Positions 45,278-56,400 of a stretch of 64,000 bases of DNA are shown piece after piece. The notes beneath the pieces are model-generated. The model worked only from the letters and a program-made list of their open reading frames with translations, ran no database searches and was not told the DNA's origin. The position numbers and the translations under genes were made by a program. Each line of letters starts with the position of its first letter. Position 1 is the first letter of the stretch. Where the stretch lies: NCBI GenBank assembly GCA_964493625.1, contig CAZBOU010000002.1, positions 135,410 through 199,409 on the forward strand, read 5' to 3'. The stretch comes from an uncultured Caldisericota bacterium. GTDB lineage: Bacteria > Caldisericota > Caldisericia > UBA6126.

Positions 45278-46152
45278 CAGGCGTAACCAACGTTTATTCT
45301 TTAGGAAAAAACGGTGTATTCGGCTTTTTTGTTATTCACAAAGGGTTTTTGGTTTACACCGATCCAGATAAAGACCCCCAAATTGAAATCCCCATCCGAA
45401 TTCTCCAAGATGTTATTGTCCAGTCCAGTAGACCCGAAGAAAATATCAGCAACATGAAAATCGTGTTTAATTTTGAAGTGGGATTTGAAATAGACCTACC
45501 AAGTCCTGTCGCAGAAAAAGCAAAAATTTGGATTTTGAGTATACTCGGCATGTCTAACTCTGCATACAGAGCTATTGAAAGAGAAGATCATAAAGAGTCA
45601 CCTTCGCAGAAAAAACCCTCCCGCATATATACTGTCCTTACGTTTCTATTCATCATTGGGTTTGTAATTGCCGGGGCAATTTTTTTCTTTAAGCCTGTTC
45701 TCTTAACCTCTGTACAGAGCAACTTTGTAAAACAAGATCCCTTTTTAGCGTTGGATTATCAAAAAAAGGGAATTGAAGAAGAGAAAAAAGGTCACATTAC
45801 TTCTGCTATTAGTTTTTTTGAAACAGCATTGGGCTATCATCCAAAGAATCCAACGATTCGGGAAGATCTTGATAGGGTGTTGGAGAAGAGAATTGAACAA
45901 AATATAAGAGTTGGAAATTTTGTGCGAGCAAAACAAGATTTGCACAAGTTATCAAAAGAAAACCAAAATAGAAAAATATATGCCGATAAACTGAAAGAAG
46001 CTTCCAAAAACCATACAATAAAACTTGTGGATGTAACTGAAATCGTTCGGTTGCTTTTTAAAAGTGCCTTTTCGGACGATCCGCTAGTGCAACAAGAATT
46101 AAATGATAAACTTCAATTGTTTGGTCAAAAGCTAGAGTTTGTTCTGCAATGA
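45274..46152 (+). CDS. Single-pass membrane protein with helical (TPR-like) C-terminal part, unknown function
   Basis: 292 aa; TM IYTVLTFLFIIGFVIAGAIFFF; start overlaps the upstream stop (ATGA). Confidence 0.45.
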   Translation: MTGVTNVYSLGKNGVFGFFVIHKGFLVYTDPDKDPQIEIPIRILQDVIVQSSRPEENISNMKIVFNFEVGFEIDLPSPVAEKAKIWILSILGMSNSAYRAIEREDHKESPSQKKPSRIYTVLTFLFIIGFVIAGAIFFFKPVLLTSVQSNFVKQDPFLALDYQKKGIEEEKKGHITSAISFFETALGYHPKNPTIREDLDRVLEKRIEQNIRVGNFVRAKQDLHKLSKENQNRKIYADKLKEASKNHTIKLVDVTEIVRLLFKSAFSDDPLVQQELNDKLQLFGQKLEFVLQ

Positions 46153-46812
46153 TAATGCATCTTGGTAGTTTTTTCGAAGATAAAAAATAGAAATAAGAGA
46201 TGTAAAAATCTCTTGAGGAAGCTTCAACTCATCTCGAACCAACCATTTTTCCTGAAACGTTCCATAACGCTTGTCTAGTCGTAATAGCAAAGCGCAATCT
46301 GGTGAATATGTAGGGAAGGTTCTTGTGTCCCCCTTGTCGTCTAATGTAGCTGTTTCTAACAAAAGAGCATATGCAGCAACCTGAAAATGATACTCTACAC
46401 ACAATTGGTTGGAAGTTTTAATGTCAACGATACATATTTGGCCATTAACTCTCGCGACAATATCTACGGTTCCTCCAAAGCCAAGTTCCTGATTCACCAA
46501 GGATATCTCAGAGCCTAAAAACTGGATATCGTTGCAAGAAACCCATTGTTGGAAAGCCTGAAAAGACCGGTTAGCAGGCGTGAACAAAGGGTGCCTTGAA
46601 AAATCCTCTTCCTTGCCTTTGATTAAATTCTCAACCATTGTGTGAGCTATAGTGCCAGTTTCTGCAGCCTTATCACGGATAGATTCATAGGAATATCCTT
46701 TTAAACCAATAGAATTGGCCCATTTTAACAGATATGGTTTGTCAAGCTGTCCAATGATTGTCGTGACAGAGGGTAATGATTCCTTGTTTTGATTGCAATA
46801 CAGGTGTTTCAT
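46132..46812 (-). CDS. PD-(D/E)XK nuclease, RecB/Cas4/lambda-exonuclease-like fold, without Fe-S cysteines
   Basis: Ordered motifs GTIAH, GGTVDIV (D), IVDIKTS (DxK), QVAAY (QxxxY). ATG 46812 starts 1 nt after the upstream stop; the track extension overlaps the upstream gene. Confidence 0.65.
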   Translation of the reverse strand: MKHLYCNQNKESLPSVTTIIGQLDKPYLLKWANSIGLKGYSYESIRDKAAETGTIAHTMVENLIKGKEEDFSRHPLFTPANRSFQAFQQWVSCNDIQFLGSEISLVNQELGFGGTVDIVARVNGQICIVDIKTSNQLCVEYHFQVAAYALLLETATLDDKGDTRTFPTYSPDCALLLRLDKRYGTFQEKWLVRDELKLPQEIFTSLISIFYLRKNYQDALSLQNKL

Positions 46813-46813
46813 A

Positions 46814-47641
46814 TTACGAATTTTGAATTGTAATGAAAATGGCTTCCTTTTGTTTGCTAATAAAAGAGAAGATTGGTGGATTCGTTGTAGGGTGCAAAAT
46901 TGCATATGGAATAGAAACAAGTTGATTTATCTGTAAAACTTCTCCCAATGACTGTTCTTGAAGCTGCATAATATGCTCTTCCGAAAGGGCTACTCCTGCT
47001 GGGTCTGTAAAATAAATATTGGTGTCATCTAGTGGAAAATGATCAGTGGATTCAAGAGAGACCAGTTTTATGTGCAGAACGAAAGTGGTGTATTGTTCAT
47101 TATCACCGGGTTGTGTTGCAAATGGATCATGCTGAGCAACAACTTGGGTGGCGTCCTTTTCTGTTTTTACATTGTCAATCATCATAGAAAGAGTTGTTTT
47201 TCCAGTAAATTCATCATCAAATGTAACTTCATACCATGTTTCTGGTTGTCCAGGATTATCGATGCTTAACGTTTCAGTTTCAGAAGGGATAACCGAGGTA
47301 GAAACAGGCATTGAAAAGGTTATTGTCTCATTGGAAGGTTCGTAATATAGGTCTTGCATTTGACAAAAATCTTTAAAGAATGACAAAGGAACCATGGTTC
47401 GACCACCAATTTCTTGCACTGCAATATCACATTCTATAGGAATATCGTTTACATAGATGATGGGCGAACCTACCTTTAATGCAAATTGCACGGTTTCAAT
47501 AGAAGAGGCTTCCTTTTCAGTAGAGGGTGCGTTTGCTGTTGCAGGGCTTGAGGGTTTCGATTGAAAAAGAGTTCCTATGGAACAAGAACTCAAGGAAAAA
47601 ACAATACAAAACAGAGGGATCCATTTAAGCATTAATCTCAT
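46814..47641 (-). CDS. Lipoprotein with one copper-amine-oxidase-N-like half domain and an Ig-like C-terminal part
   Basis: MRLMLKWIPLFCIVFSLSSC lipobox-like signal; IYVNDIPIECDIAVQEIGGRTMVPLSFFKDF. Confidence 0.55.
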   Translation of the reverse strand: MRLMLKWIPLFCIVFSLSSCSIGTLFQSKPSSPATANAPSTEKEASSIETVQFALKVGSPIIYVNDIPIECDIAVQEIGGRTMVPLSFFKDFCQMQDLYYEPSNETITFSMPVSTSVIPSETETLSIDNPGQPETWYEVTFDDEFTGKTTLSMMIDNVKTEKDATQVVAQHDPFATQPGDNEQYTTFVLHIKLVSLESTDHFPLDDTNIYFTDPAGVALSEEHIMQLQEQSLGEVLQINQLVSIPYAILHPTTNPPIFSFISKQKEAIFITIQNS

Positions 47642-47653
47642 ATGTGGCTCTCC

Positions 47654-48931
47654 TTACTCAAATCTGGTCATTTCTTCAAAAAGTTTCATAATAAAATGAT
47701 CTGTCATGCCGGCTATAAATTCAACAATAGCTAATGAAAAATCTTGTGGAATAGTATAGACAAAAAAGTGTTTGGATAAAGAATTCTCCTTGGCCATAAA
47801 AGAAATATTAGAATATGACAACAGCCATTTCGAAAAATAACTGCTTAACAGGGGGAACGAATTGGTTGATTTCCATGTTTGAATATCACACACAATGTTG
47901 TCTTGTTCTTCTTTTAAATAGTCATAGATGGAGGAAATCATTAACTGCGCATAATTCTTATAGACTTTTAAACGAGGATGTTCGTAGATATGTTGTTTGC
48001 TAAAATTTCGCAATTCCTGGAGCAAACTATAGTAAGGTTCAGAGAAATGAAGGCCACTTGTTGGTGAACTGCTATTGCACAAATCCATAATTAAATTATG
48101 GATTAAAACAGTGTTGTTTATGGTTTCATGGGTGTTCTTTTCGGAAAAACGATCATAGATAGATTGCAAGATGCTCATTTGATTTGGATTCAAGATCTTC
48201 AGAGAAAGGGCATCTTCGATGTCTCTTCCTACGTAGGAAATGGTATCTGCAATTCTGACAATGCATCCTTCCCAGGTAAAAGGTTGTGTAGTTCCAGGAT
48301 GCCGAATTGAATGAAGGGGCAGTGCTTCATCTCTTGGTATCAGAGTTCTGTTGTTTGTTTCTCCGCAGTGGCATACGATCCCATCTCGTACTGCATACGT
48401 TAGGTTTAAGCCTTCTTTTGTGCCACTAGGATCAGGGAGATTTTCAAAATGATCCACAAATCGAAGACCATTTTTTTCATGCCAAAATGGATAATAGTTA
48501 CAATTTGGTGTCAAATAATGAGACAAAATTTTTTCCCCTTCATGGCCAAAAGGAGGATGTCCAATATCGTGCCCTAAAGCAATTGCACGAGCCAACTCAG
48601 TATTTAAACCTAAATAGTCGCTAATGATATTACTTACTGCTTCAACATGCTGCACATGTTCCATGCGTGTGCATATGTGATCGTTATTTGTTGCGTAGAA
48701 TACCTGTGTTTTATGTTTCAACCTACGATACCCTCGTGAGTGAATAATTCTTGTATAGTCACGGAAAAAGGGGGATCGAATATCATTTTTTCTAGGATAC
48801 AACGGTGTAGATCGTGAAATAGCTTGGTCCCACTTAGGGTTTGTCTCATTAATGGCAACTTCAGCAAATTGGCTTTTCATACTTTGATTGTACGAAATAT
48901 CGGTTAAAAATACAGCTTTTCTTGAAAGCAT
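47654..48931 (-). CDS. dGTPase-like HD-domain triphosphohydrolase (type 2 Dgt-like)
   Basis: FFRDYTRIIHSRGYRRLKHKTQVF, TRMEHVQHV, ALGHDIGHPPFGHEGE. Confidence 0.85.
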   Translation of the reverse strand: MLSRKAVFLTDISYNQSMKSQFAEVAINETNPKWDQAISRSTPLYPRKNDIRSPFFRDYTRIIHSRGYRRLKHKTQVFYATNNDHICTRMEHVQHVEAVSNIISDYLGLNTELARAIALGHDIGHPPFGHEGEKILSHYLTPNCNYYPFWHEKNGLRFVDHFENLPDPSGTKEGLNLTYAVRDGIVCHCGETNNRTLIPRDEALPLHSIRHPGTTQPFTWEGCIVRIADTISYVGRDIEDALSLKILNPNQMSILQSIYDRFSEKNTHETINNTVLIHNLIMDLCNSSSPTSGLHFSEPYYSLLQELRNFSKQHIYEHPRLKVYKNYAQLMISSIYDYLKEEQDNIVCDIQTWKSTNSFPLLSSYFSKWLLSYSNISFMAKENSLSKHFFVYTIPQDFSLAIVEFIAGMTDHFIMKLFEEMTRFE

Positions 48932-48966
48932 TATTGGTTAGAGTATAATAAGTATAGGAGGAATTC

Positions 48967-50391
48967 ATGAAACTACGACGCGATCTAAAAGTGATAGTAT
49001 TATTGGTAAATTTATGTATATTCATGCTGTTTTCAACTGGTTTTGTGTTTCTTCCCTATTCAACACTGCATCTACAATCTTATTTAGATGAAGATGCCAA
49101 GGTGATTTCATTAACAGATCTAGACGGATCTCATTACCTGATGGGAACATATGTAGATGACAGTTCCTCTGAGAAGCAAACCAACGTTTTTATACGAAAA
49201 CTGAATGAAGATTTCTCCAAACAACTATTTGAAATCCAGTTTGGAGGAAACGGCAACGAGTATTTAACAGATGCAGTATGCTCCCAAGATCAGTTGATTG
49301 TTTGCGGAAGTACTCGATCCACAGATTTGCCTACATCTGAAAATGCTCTTCATCCGGGACCCTTAGGTTTAGGAGATGGTTTCATTGCTGTTTTTGATCT
49401 TGAGGGGAATCTTCAATATTGCACCTATATAGGAGGATCTTCAACAGATTTCTGTACAGCACTTTGCATTCAGGAGAATGAACTGCATATCGTTGGAACC
49501 ACCTGGTCAGATCCATTTCCCATTACTTCTAATGCCTTTCAGAAAAGACTGTATGGCAATACAGATGTTTTTTATATGCGGCTTCATCTTTCTTCATATG
49601 CATTGGAGTATGCAACCTATTTAGGTGGTTCTGGAGAAGAATACTGTGCATCTATTTGTGTGGTCAACGAAGAAGCAGTTTTATACGGCAGAACCTCTTC
49701 GCGCGATTTTTTCCTCACAGAGAATTCATACAATCGATCTTTTAATGGGGGGGAGTGGGATTTGTTTTTAATCTCATTGTCTCGTCATGGTCTACCAACG
49801 TACTCTACCTATTTAGGTGGAAGCCGAAATGATTTTGCTAGCGCAATGGAAATATCTCCTGATAAAAAGCTTTTTTTGATAGGTCGTACATATTCATTCA
49901 ATTATCCTATTACTCCCAATGCAATTCAACTTGACTTAAACGGATTATCAGACGGTTTTATCAGTGTATTTGATTCAACAACTAAATCATTACTATATTC
50001 TAGTTTTTTTGGTGGAGATAAAACTGAGTATCCCGAGAGCATCGCTTTTATTGATACCATCCCTGTTATTACCGGGAGAACCTTTTCAGAAAATCACTTC
50101 CCTCTTACACCCAATGCTTTGCAGGGGAAGTTTGCAGGAGGTTGGTCCGATGGATTCGTGCTTTGTCTTAATGAAACTGACTTTTCCCTTGCATATGCAA
50201 GCTATCTAGGAGGGGATGACCGAGATTCTATTGATAGTATTGTTTGGTCTGGGAAGCCCAATCAGGTATATATGGCAGGTAGGACTATGTCTTCATCGAT
50301 ACCAGCAAAGACAATATCGTACGTGCTAGAGGAGCCTCAGGAGAAAAAATGGAATGGTTTTGTCATGAAGTATTGGCTCCCCATTCAATAA
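48967..50391 (+). CDS. Exported SBBP (beta-propeller repeat, PF06739-like) protein
   Basis: Recurrent Y-[ACS]-[TS]-Y-[LI]-G-G-[SD] repeats: YCTYIGGSSTDFCTALCI, YATYLGGSGEEYCASICV, YSTYLGGSRNDFASAMEI, YASYLGGDDRDSIDSIV. AGGAGG RBS; N-terminal TM/signal. Confidence 0.65.
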   Translation: MKLRRDLKVIVLLVNLCIFMLFSTGFVFLPYSTLHLQSYLDEDAKVISLTDLDGSHYLMGTYVDDSSSEKQTNVFIRKLNEDFSKQLFEIQFGGNGNEYLTDAVCSQDQLIVCGSTRSTDLPTSENALHPGPLGLGDGFIAVFDLEGNLQYCTYIGGSSTDFCTALCIQENELHIVGTTWSDPFPITSNAFQKRLYGNTDVFYMRLHLSSYALEYATYLGGSGEEYCASICVVNEEAVLYGRTSSRDFFLTENSYNRSFNGGEWDLFLISLSRHGLPTYSTYLGGSRNDFASAMEISPDKKLFLIGRTYSFNYPITPNAIQLDLNGLSDGFISVFDSTTKSLLYSSFFGGDKTEYPESIAFIDTIPVITGRTFSENHFPLTPNALQGKFAGGWSDGFVLCLNETDFSLAYASYLGGDDRDSIDSIVWSGKPNQVYMAGRTMSSSIPAKTISYVLEEPQEKKWNGFVMKYWLPIQ

Positions 50392-50457
50392 ACTGTAACC
50401 TTCTGTTTTGAAAATCGGTAGTACAATAGAGCTAGATTTTTTTTGAGGGTGTACTAT

Positions 50458-53400
50458 ATGAGAAAATTATGTATTTGGTGTATGTGTATTGTTTTTTTCT
50501 TGGGTTTAAACCAGTTTCCCAGCCAACCGATCGTATATGCTTCTCCTTCGTCTGGGACCTATTCTTGGAATCAAAGTATCCAACAGTGGTATTCTGTCGG
50601 ATATGACTACAACCACGAACCACTAAAAGAAGATCGCTATTTTCCTTGGCAAAAAACTCTTACCAGTGTATGGGGAAGCGATGAATATCCCATGAAGTCT
50701 ACCCTGTTGGGTAAGAATACTCACCCCGTCTATTATACATGTTTCTATCTTGATCTAATCCCTGATGGAGGACGCACCAGGGGCCAGCAAAAATACTATG
50801 TCGCTCTCGATGACCAAGGCAATATTTGGCTCGATCCAGATGGAATCTTTCAAAATTGTATCTATCAGCCGCAGCATGATCCCAAGCACCCACTATATAT
50901 CGAGGGAGGTTGCGAACAAGCGAATGTTTTGGATGGTAAAATTCGGTACTCTTTCGACCCTGACCCAGGCAACAACACCCTTGGTCCGTATCCAATTCGC
51001 ACTATTCTTAAGGAAAACAATACAACAATAAAAATTCAAGGACGTAGTTTTATTGTTTCTCTTTTAGACCGTATTGACTATGACCCCCAGACATATGTGG
51101 ATACATCTGATTGGGACCACAATTTGCGCATTGTCCCCTTCCAAAGAACAGAAAAGCATACAGACAGCTATATACAAAACCAACAATATGATCCTTATGA
51201 AGATATCTATCAATGTGTTACTGCATCTGCCACTTCTGTGCAAACAGGTGATATTCGTCGCACTCCCGTTGTCATTGATAATGAAACGATCTATGCACCA
51301 AATAGCATAGTTGAACCAGGGGATTTTGATATTGGGCGTAACCTGGTGCCATTTCAAGAAAATGAAATGCATTCTGATCAAGTACAAACAGATGGATTTT
51401 ACAGCAACGGTGCAAAATATGGCTATACTTTTTTTCAAGAATTTATTTACCGAGTCACCTCCCCCTCCTTACTACAAGTACAGGAGGGATCTATTAGGCT
51501 TACAGCAGTGAATATCAAAGTGGATCCTGACGACTACGTTCTGATAGATCATGGAGTGTTCTCTCAAGATGCTTTCTGTCTGTTTGAAGTACCCACTACC
51601 GGCAAACGTTTGCCAATGGGTTTTCAAACTAATTTGATCCATGGAATGAAGGACTTTTTTACTGTTCGAGTACATTCTCAAAATACGGATATTCCTGAAA
51701 CCTTTTCTTCTCTTTCAAAGGGTGTTTTAGTGGAAGGAGATACCTACATTTTTACCACCTTTATTTCTTCTATATCACCTCAATATGCAGGTTATTTGGG
51801 AATCGAATGGTTTTATGATAACGGTGTGAACAACAAACGAGCCATAACGCCTACACCTCTTGTAGCAAAAGACTTGCAGGATAATTTTCATCGGGATGGA
51901 TGTGCAGAAGAAGTTCTTGGGTTGTCCGATACCAGTGCGGATTTAGATTTCGGAACAACCTTGTTTCCTATCGAAGACTCTATTTGTTTTTACGATGCAT
52001 CTGGTAATGGTTTGGGGGTTGGCGATCCCATCTATCGAGACAATGACCAAAACTATGTTGTATCAGAAGGTGACGAGAGGAACGTTCATACGATCTGTTC
52101 GGTTGGTATGCAAACCATTGAATATTCTGCTGGCACTATTGTCACGTTTGGTGATGCAGATGTTGGCCGCGGTTTATCTTCTATTCCTTCTGATTATTTA
52201 TGGACAGATAAAGGTAGCAAGAATACTGAATACGATCAAAACGGAAGAATGGAACCGGGGGAATCAATTTATAAAAAGTCATCCATCCGTGATAAACTTT
52301 CAAAGGTACAAACCAATGATATTCGCATTACTTCTACCGACATGTATGGTGTACATTACAAACAAGGAACTATTGTAAAACCGATGTGTCACTTCTATCG
52401 GTACTCCAAGTTTTATGGAGTAACGATGAAATACAACGGGATGTTTTCTTATATTGATGTACCAATACTCCCCGGAGATCAGCCAATTGAGACGCGACAA
52501 TCGTCACCCTTTCAAGTGGAGCAAACGACAGAGCTGCAGTTGGATCTTATTCCACAAAAAGAAAACCAATCTGTCTATATTTTTATTGATGAGCCTTCGT
52601 TAATCTCCTCGACTGTTCCTGTCCCTATGAATGCTCGGTACGTGGAAAACACGAAAAAGGTAGGAACAGAAGTCTTTTCCATTACTCCTTTTACAAGTAG
52701 TTTAACCACCCAAGAATGGAAATATCCTCTTTCGCTGCTTGTTTTTGTAGATCTTCCGGGTGTGGATTATCCCTTTCTAGATTTAGAAGATCCGGTCTAT
52801 AATGCCTATTTTTACCAAACCGAAATTGATCGACGTGAAAAGCGTTATGAAAAACTTCTACCCGATTATTTTACCCCTGATTACTGTACGGTTTTATCCT
52901 TTCACGTGTATCCAGAAAGTGCTACCGTAAAGACTTCAAAGGATCATGTGAGTAGTTTTGACCTGCGATTCCCAAACCTGTGGGGTACATTGATAAACGA
53001 AGACAACCCATTGGATGTAAATGATCCCTATGGTGTGATCGCTTCTCAATCTGGTGATTTGATTGTTGGCAATTATAATGCCAAAGGAGCTGGGATCGAT
53101 TACTTATTTACAGCATATGCGCCGATGCCCTTTGGGGTACAACGGTATATTGTCCAAGTAAACACAGATCAAAGCTATTGTTTCTGGTTATGGGATGACA
53201 AGGAGCCAAAAGGCGTGTTGGATTTTTCAGATGATCTTTTCGGTCCCATTTTTGTCTACCAACAAGCCTCCTTTACGAATAAAGATTGCTCAGAAGAATT
53301 CTTTTTGTACAAGGGAGATCCGATAGGTTTCAATCAAATCACCAAAAATGATGAAATTGGGATATTTGATGGAGGAGACCATGAGATTTTGTTCCAAGAC

Positions 53401-56400
53401 AATACATATCGTATTGTTAATGCACGAGTGGAAACATTTGGGATAGACGTATTATTCGAGACCTACGGGAGCCTAAACGAAGGAGACCCAGGTGGAGACT
53501 ATCCAATAGCGCTGAAACCCATCTATGGAGAAGACACTTTGTATTTGCGAACCTATGCAAAAAATGCCCTATACGATTACAACAAATCACTGGTGCACCC
53601 TCCTTGTTTTTTACAAATTGAATCGGGGCAAATACAATACCTAGGTCATCGCATCATAAAGACCCCAACGGTGAATGACGTAAATTTTACAAACCTTTCC
53701 ATTGTGGATCATGGACTTCAATATTCCGATGTAGATTACACGGCTGGGGAAAACCCCTTATCCTTTTTGCCAGAACCTACCATTGTATCACCGTACAATC
53801 CCATTGTTCGTAACTGGCATTTGGATTTTATTGCGTATCCTGCAGGGCAAGCTCATGTGGGTCGAACATCGTATCGTAGAAGGTATTCCCGAGGAGTTGG
53901 CTCGTTTGGTTTCTGTGCTACTCCCACTATTTCGAGTGCATTGTACGAAGAAAGCCCTTTCCGAAAATTGGGAGCAGAGCAATTCCCCATGACAGACTAT
54001 GACTTCATTTTTACACTGCAAACGAAGGGGGGAGATTTTTTGTCTTTTGGAGAAGATACCCCTTCTCATCTTCGTATCAATAAAATTATTGTCCAAGGAC
54101 CTTTTAAATGTCCGCAGATACTTGACAGAGACAATGGAAGCGTGGTTCCCTCTAGCAGGATTCCTCTTATCTATAACGATACGGGGAAACTAGTCATTGA
54201 TCGAAGTATAGCAAAGTGGTATCAAATGCCAGGAGACGACTGGACAGGTTCGATTGGCTTTGGAAGAGATGAAATTTTCTTTCAACAGCAGGATTGGAAC
54301 CCTCTTCTTGTTCGAACTGGAATCCTCGATTACACCGGCATCCCTTCTGTTATAAAAATACCTGAGATTACTCTTTTGCGTAGCGGAGTCCTCCATATTA
54401 CAGCCATACTGGCTGATGGAACTTCGGTGGAATTAGGCGATTGCTGGAGCGAAGAACCCTTTGTGGGGATTCCTGTGCACGGTCTTGATTTTGAAAACAT
54501 TCCAGAAAGCCTAGAGGTTTTTACTGATCATGTACTGAAGCCAACTTTATACGAAAAAGAACCGTATCAAGAAGTCGATCTTTGCAACAATGCCTATGTC
54601 ATTCTTTGGCAAGATCGAGGAATTCGTCTTCATAGTGCAATGGCACTAGACCCTTACGAGATTGGTGCTGGCGATGGACGTATCAACTTTGGGGGTGGAT
54701 CTTGGCTGGACCTAAATGAAGATGGAAAAGTATCCTTTGCAGATTGGGAAACCGAAGTAGTAGGCACTTACTACGTAGACACAAATTGTTGGGCTGGTGG
54801 TGTATTTGACGGTCGAACCAAAAATGTAAACAACGGGGTGTACCCCCTGGAGTTAACCGAAGAAACAGGTACACAAATTACACAATATGGGGTAGATTTT
54901 TGTAGTCGAGAGGGCGATAATTATTCACGCAGACCCGACCATATCATTTCTACCGAAGAAGTAACCCCGATCTATCTACAAGCATACAAGTTTTATGATG
55001 ATAATGGGGATCGAGCATTTACTCCTTTGTTTCACGGACGATCTCATGAAGTCTATTTGGCGGGAGAAAAATCGATTCGTATTCAGCCCCATGAAGATTT
55101 GTTTGTCACCACCTATCCCTCGCCCTTAACAGCAGGGTGTATTGCTGAACTGGTAGATCCTGGAAACCCTCTAACAATCCAAGTACAGGATTCCTCTGGT
55201 ACACCTATGAATTTCTCATTTGGAGTTATGGATTCAAGTGGACGAAGTGATGTTGATGAAAGAGATGCTTGGCAGCATTTGTTTGTTGACACCCCCAAGG
55301 AACCTCTCCCTCAATACTACTGGACTCGAACCGATTTGCACAACCAAGACAATATCGATGCATGCAATACAAAACTTTATTCCAAACCAAACAATCCTTT
55401 TAGCCCAATCCAGATTGATTTCAAAGAAAGCCACGAAGGAAAATATAAGTTTTTGAATTTTGTAGCTAACGATGAAGGAGCATTTGAGGTGACCGTTTAT
55501 TCCCCTGATCACCTCCACATGGGTCGAACCTATATCACCGTTGCTCCTCCTCAAATTGAGTATTCAATTATGCCCTTGGTTCTTGACCGGCATGGGAATA
55601 TTCGAGGAGCAATGGATGTTCGAGATCCTGATTTTCTGATGACGGCGGGGGTAAACAAAATATACCTCCTTTCTGTTCAAGCCTATACTCCACAAGGAGT
55701 ATTGATCAAAGGAGTGGATCGAAAAAACCCATTCCGTAATGAACAAACCGGAGAAACAATGTCTCATTCGGGTCGCATGACTCCCTACACGACAAAACCA
55801 GCTAGTTTTGACCTACATGAGAACTTCGACAATGTTCCGCAAGGATACTTTTTGCATATGAGTATTCTTCAGGATTTAGAGAATATCTCGATGGATCCTT
55901 CCAATACTTTTCAAATGGCTGGGTTTGATGGTACCGAGTATGCCACAGCGGAAACAGTCTACTACAATACATCGAACGTTATGTACGACAATGGGCTATT
56001 CTCCAAAACAGGTCGTATAGAGCCAAACCCAACAATGATTCTTGAAGATGGGTGGGGCTATGGCTGTATATACAACAGGGCACACGATGGCGTGTATATG
56101 TTTACAGATTTTGATAAGGATGGCATGCTAACCGTCCAAGACTCATTCCCCATTGATAAAAATGGGGAAGTCTGGTTTTTTATCTATGCAGAAGATGTTT
56201 GCGATGTAGGAGTTCTCGTCAATTGCAATGATTTTTCTAGCTCTTCTATGTTCAGCGATGTGGTGGGTAGGCCTCCTACCTTTTCTGACAGCCCTACTAC
56301 AATGCATGGAAGATACCGAAAAAGCTGGGATTCTGTGAATGGATATTCTATGGCCGATGGTATTTTTAAATTGGATTGGGATGCGTTTCCACAAAGAAAC

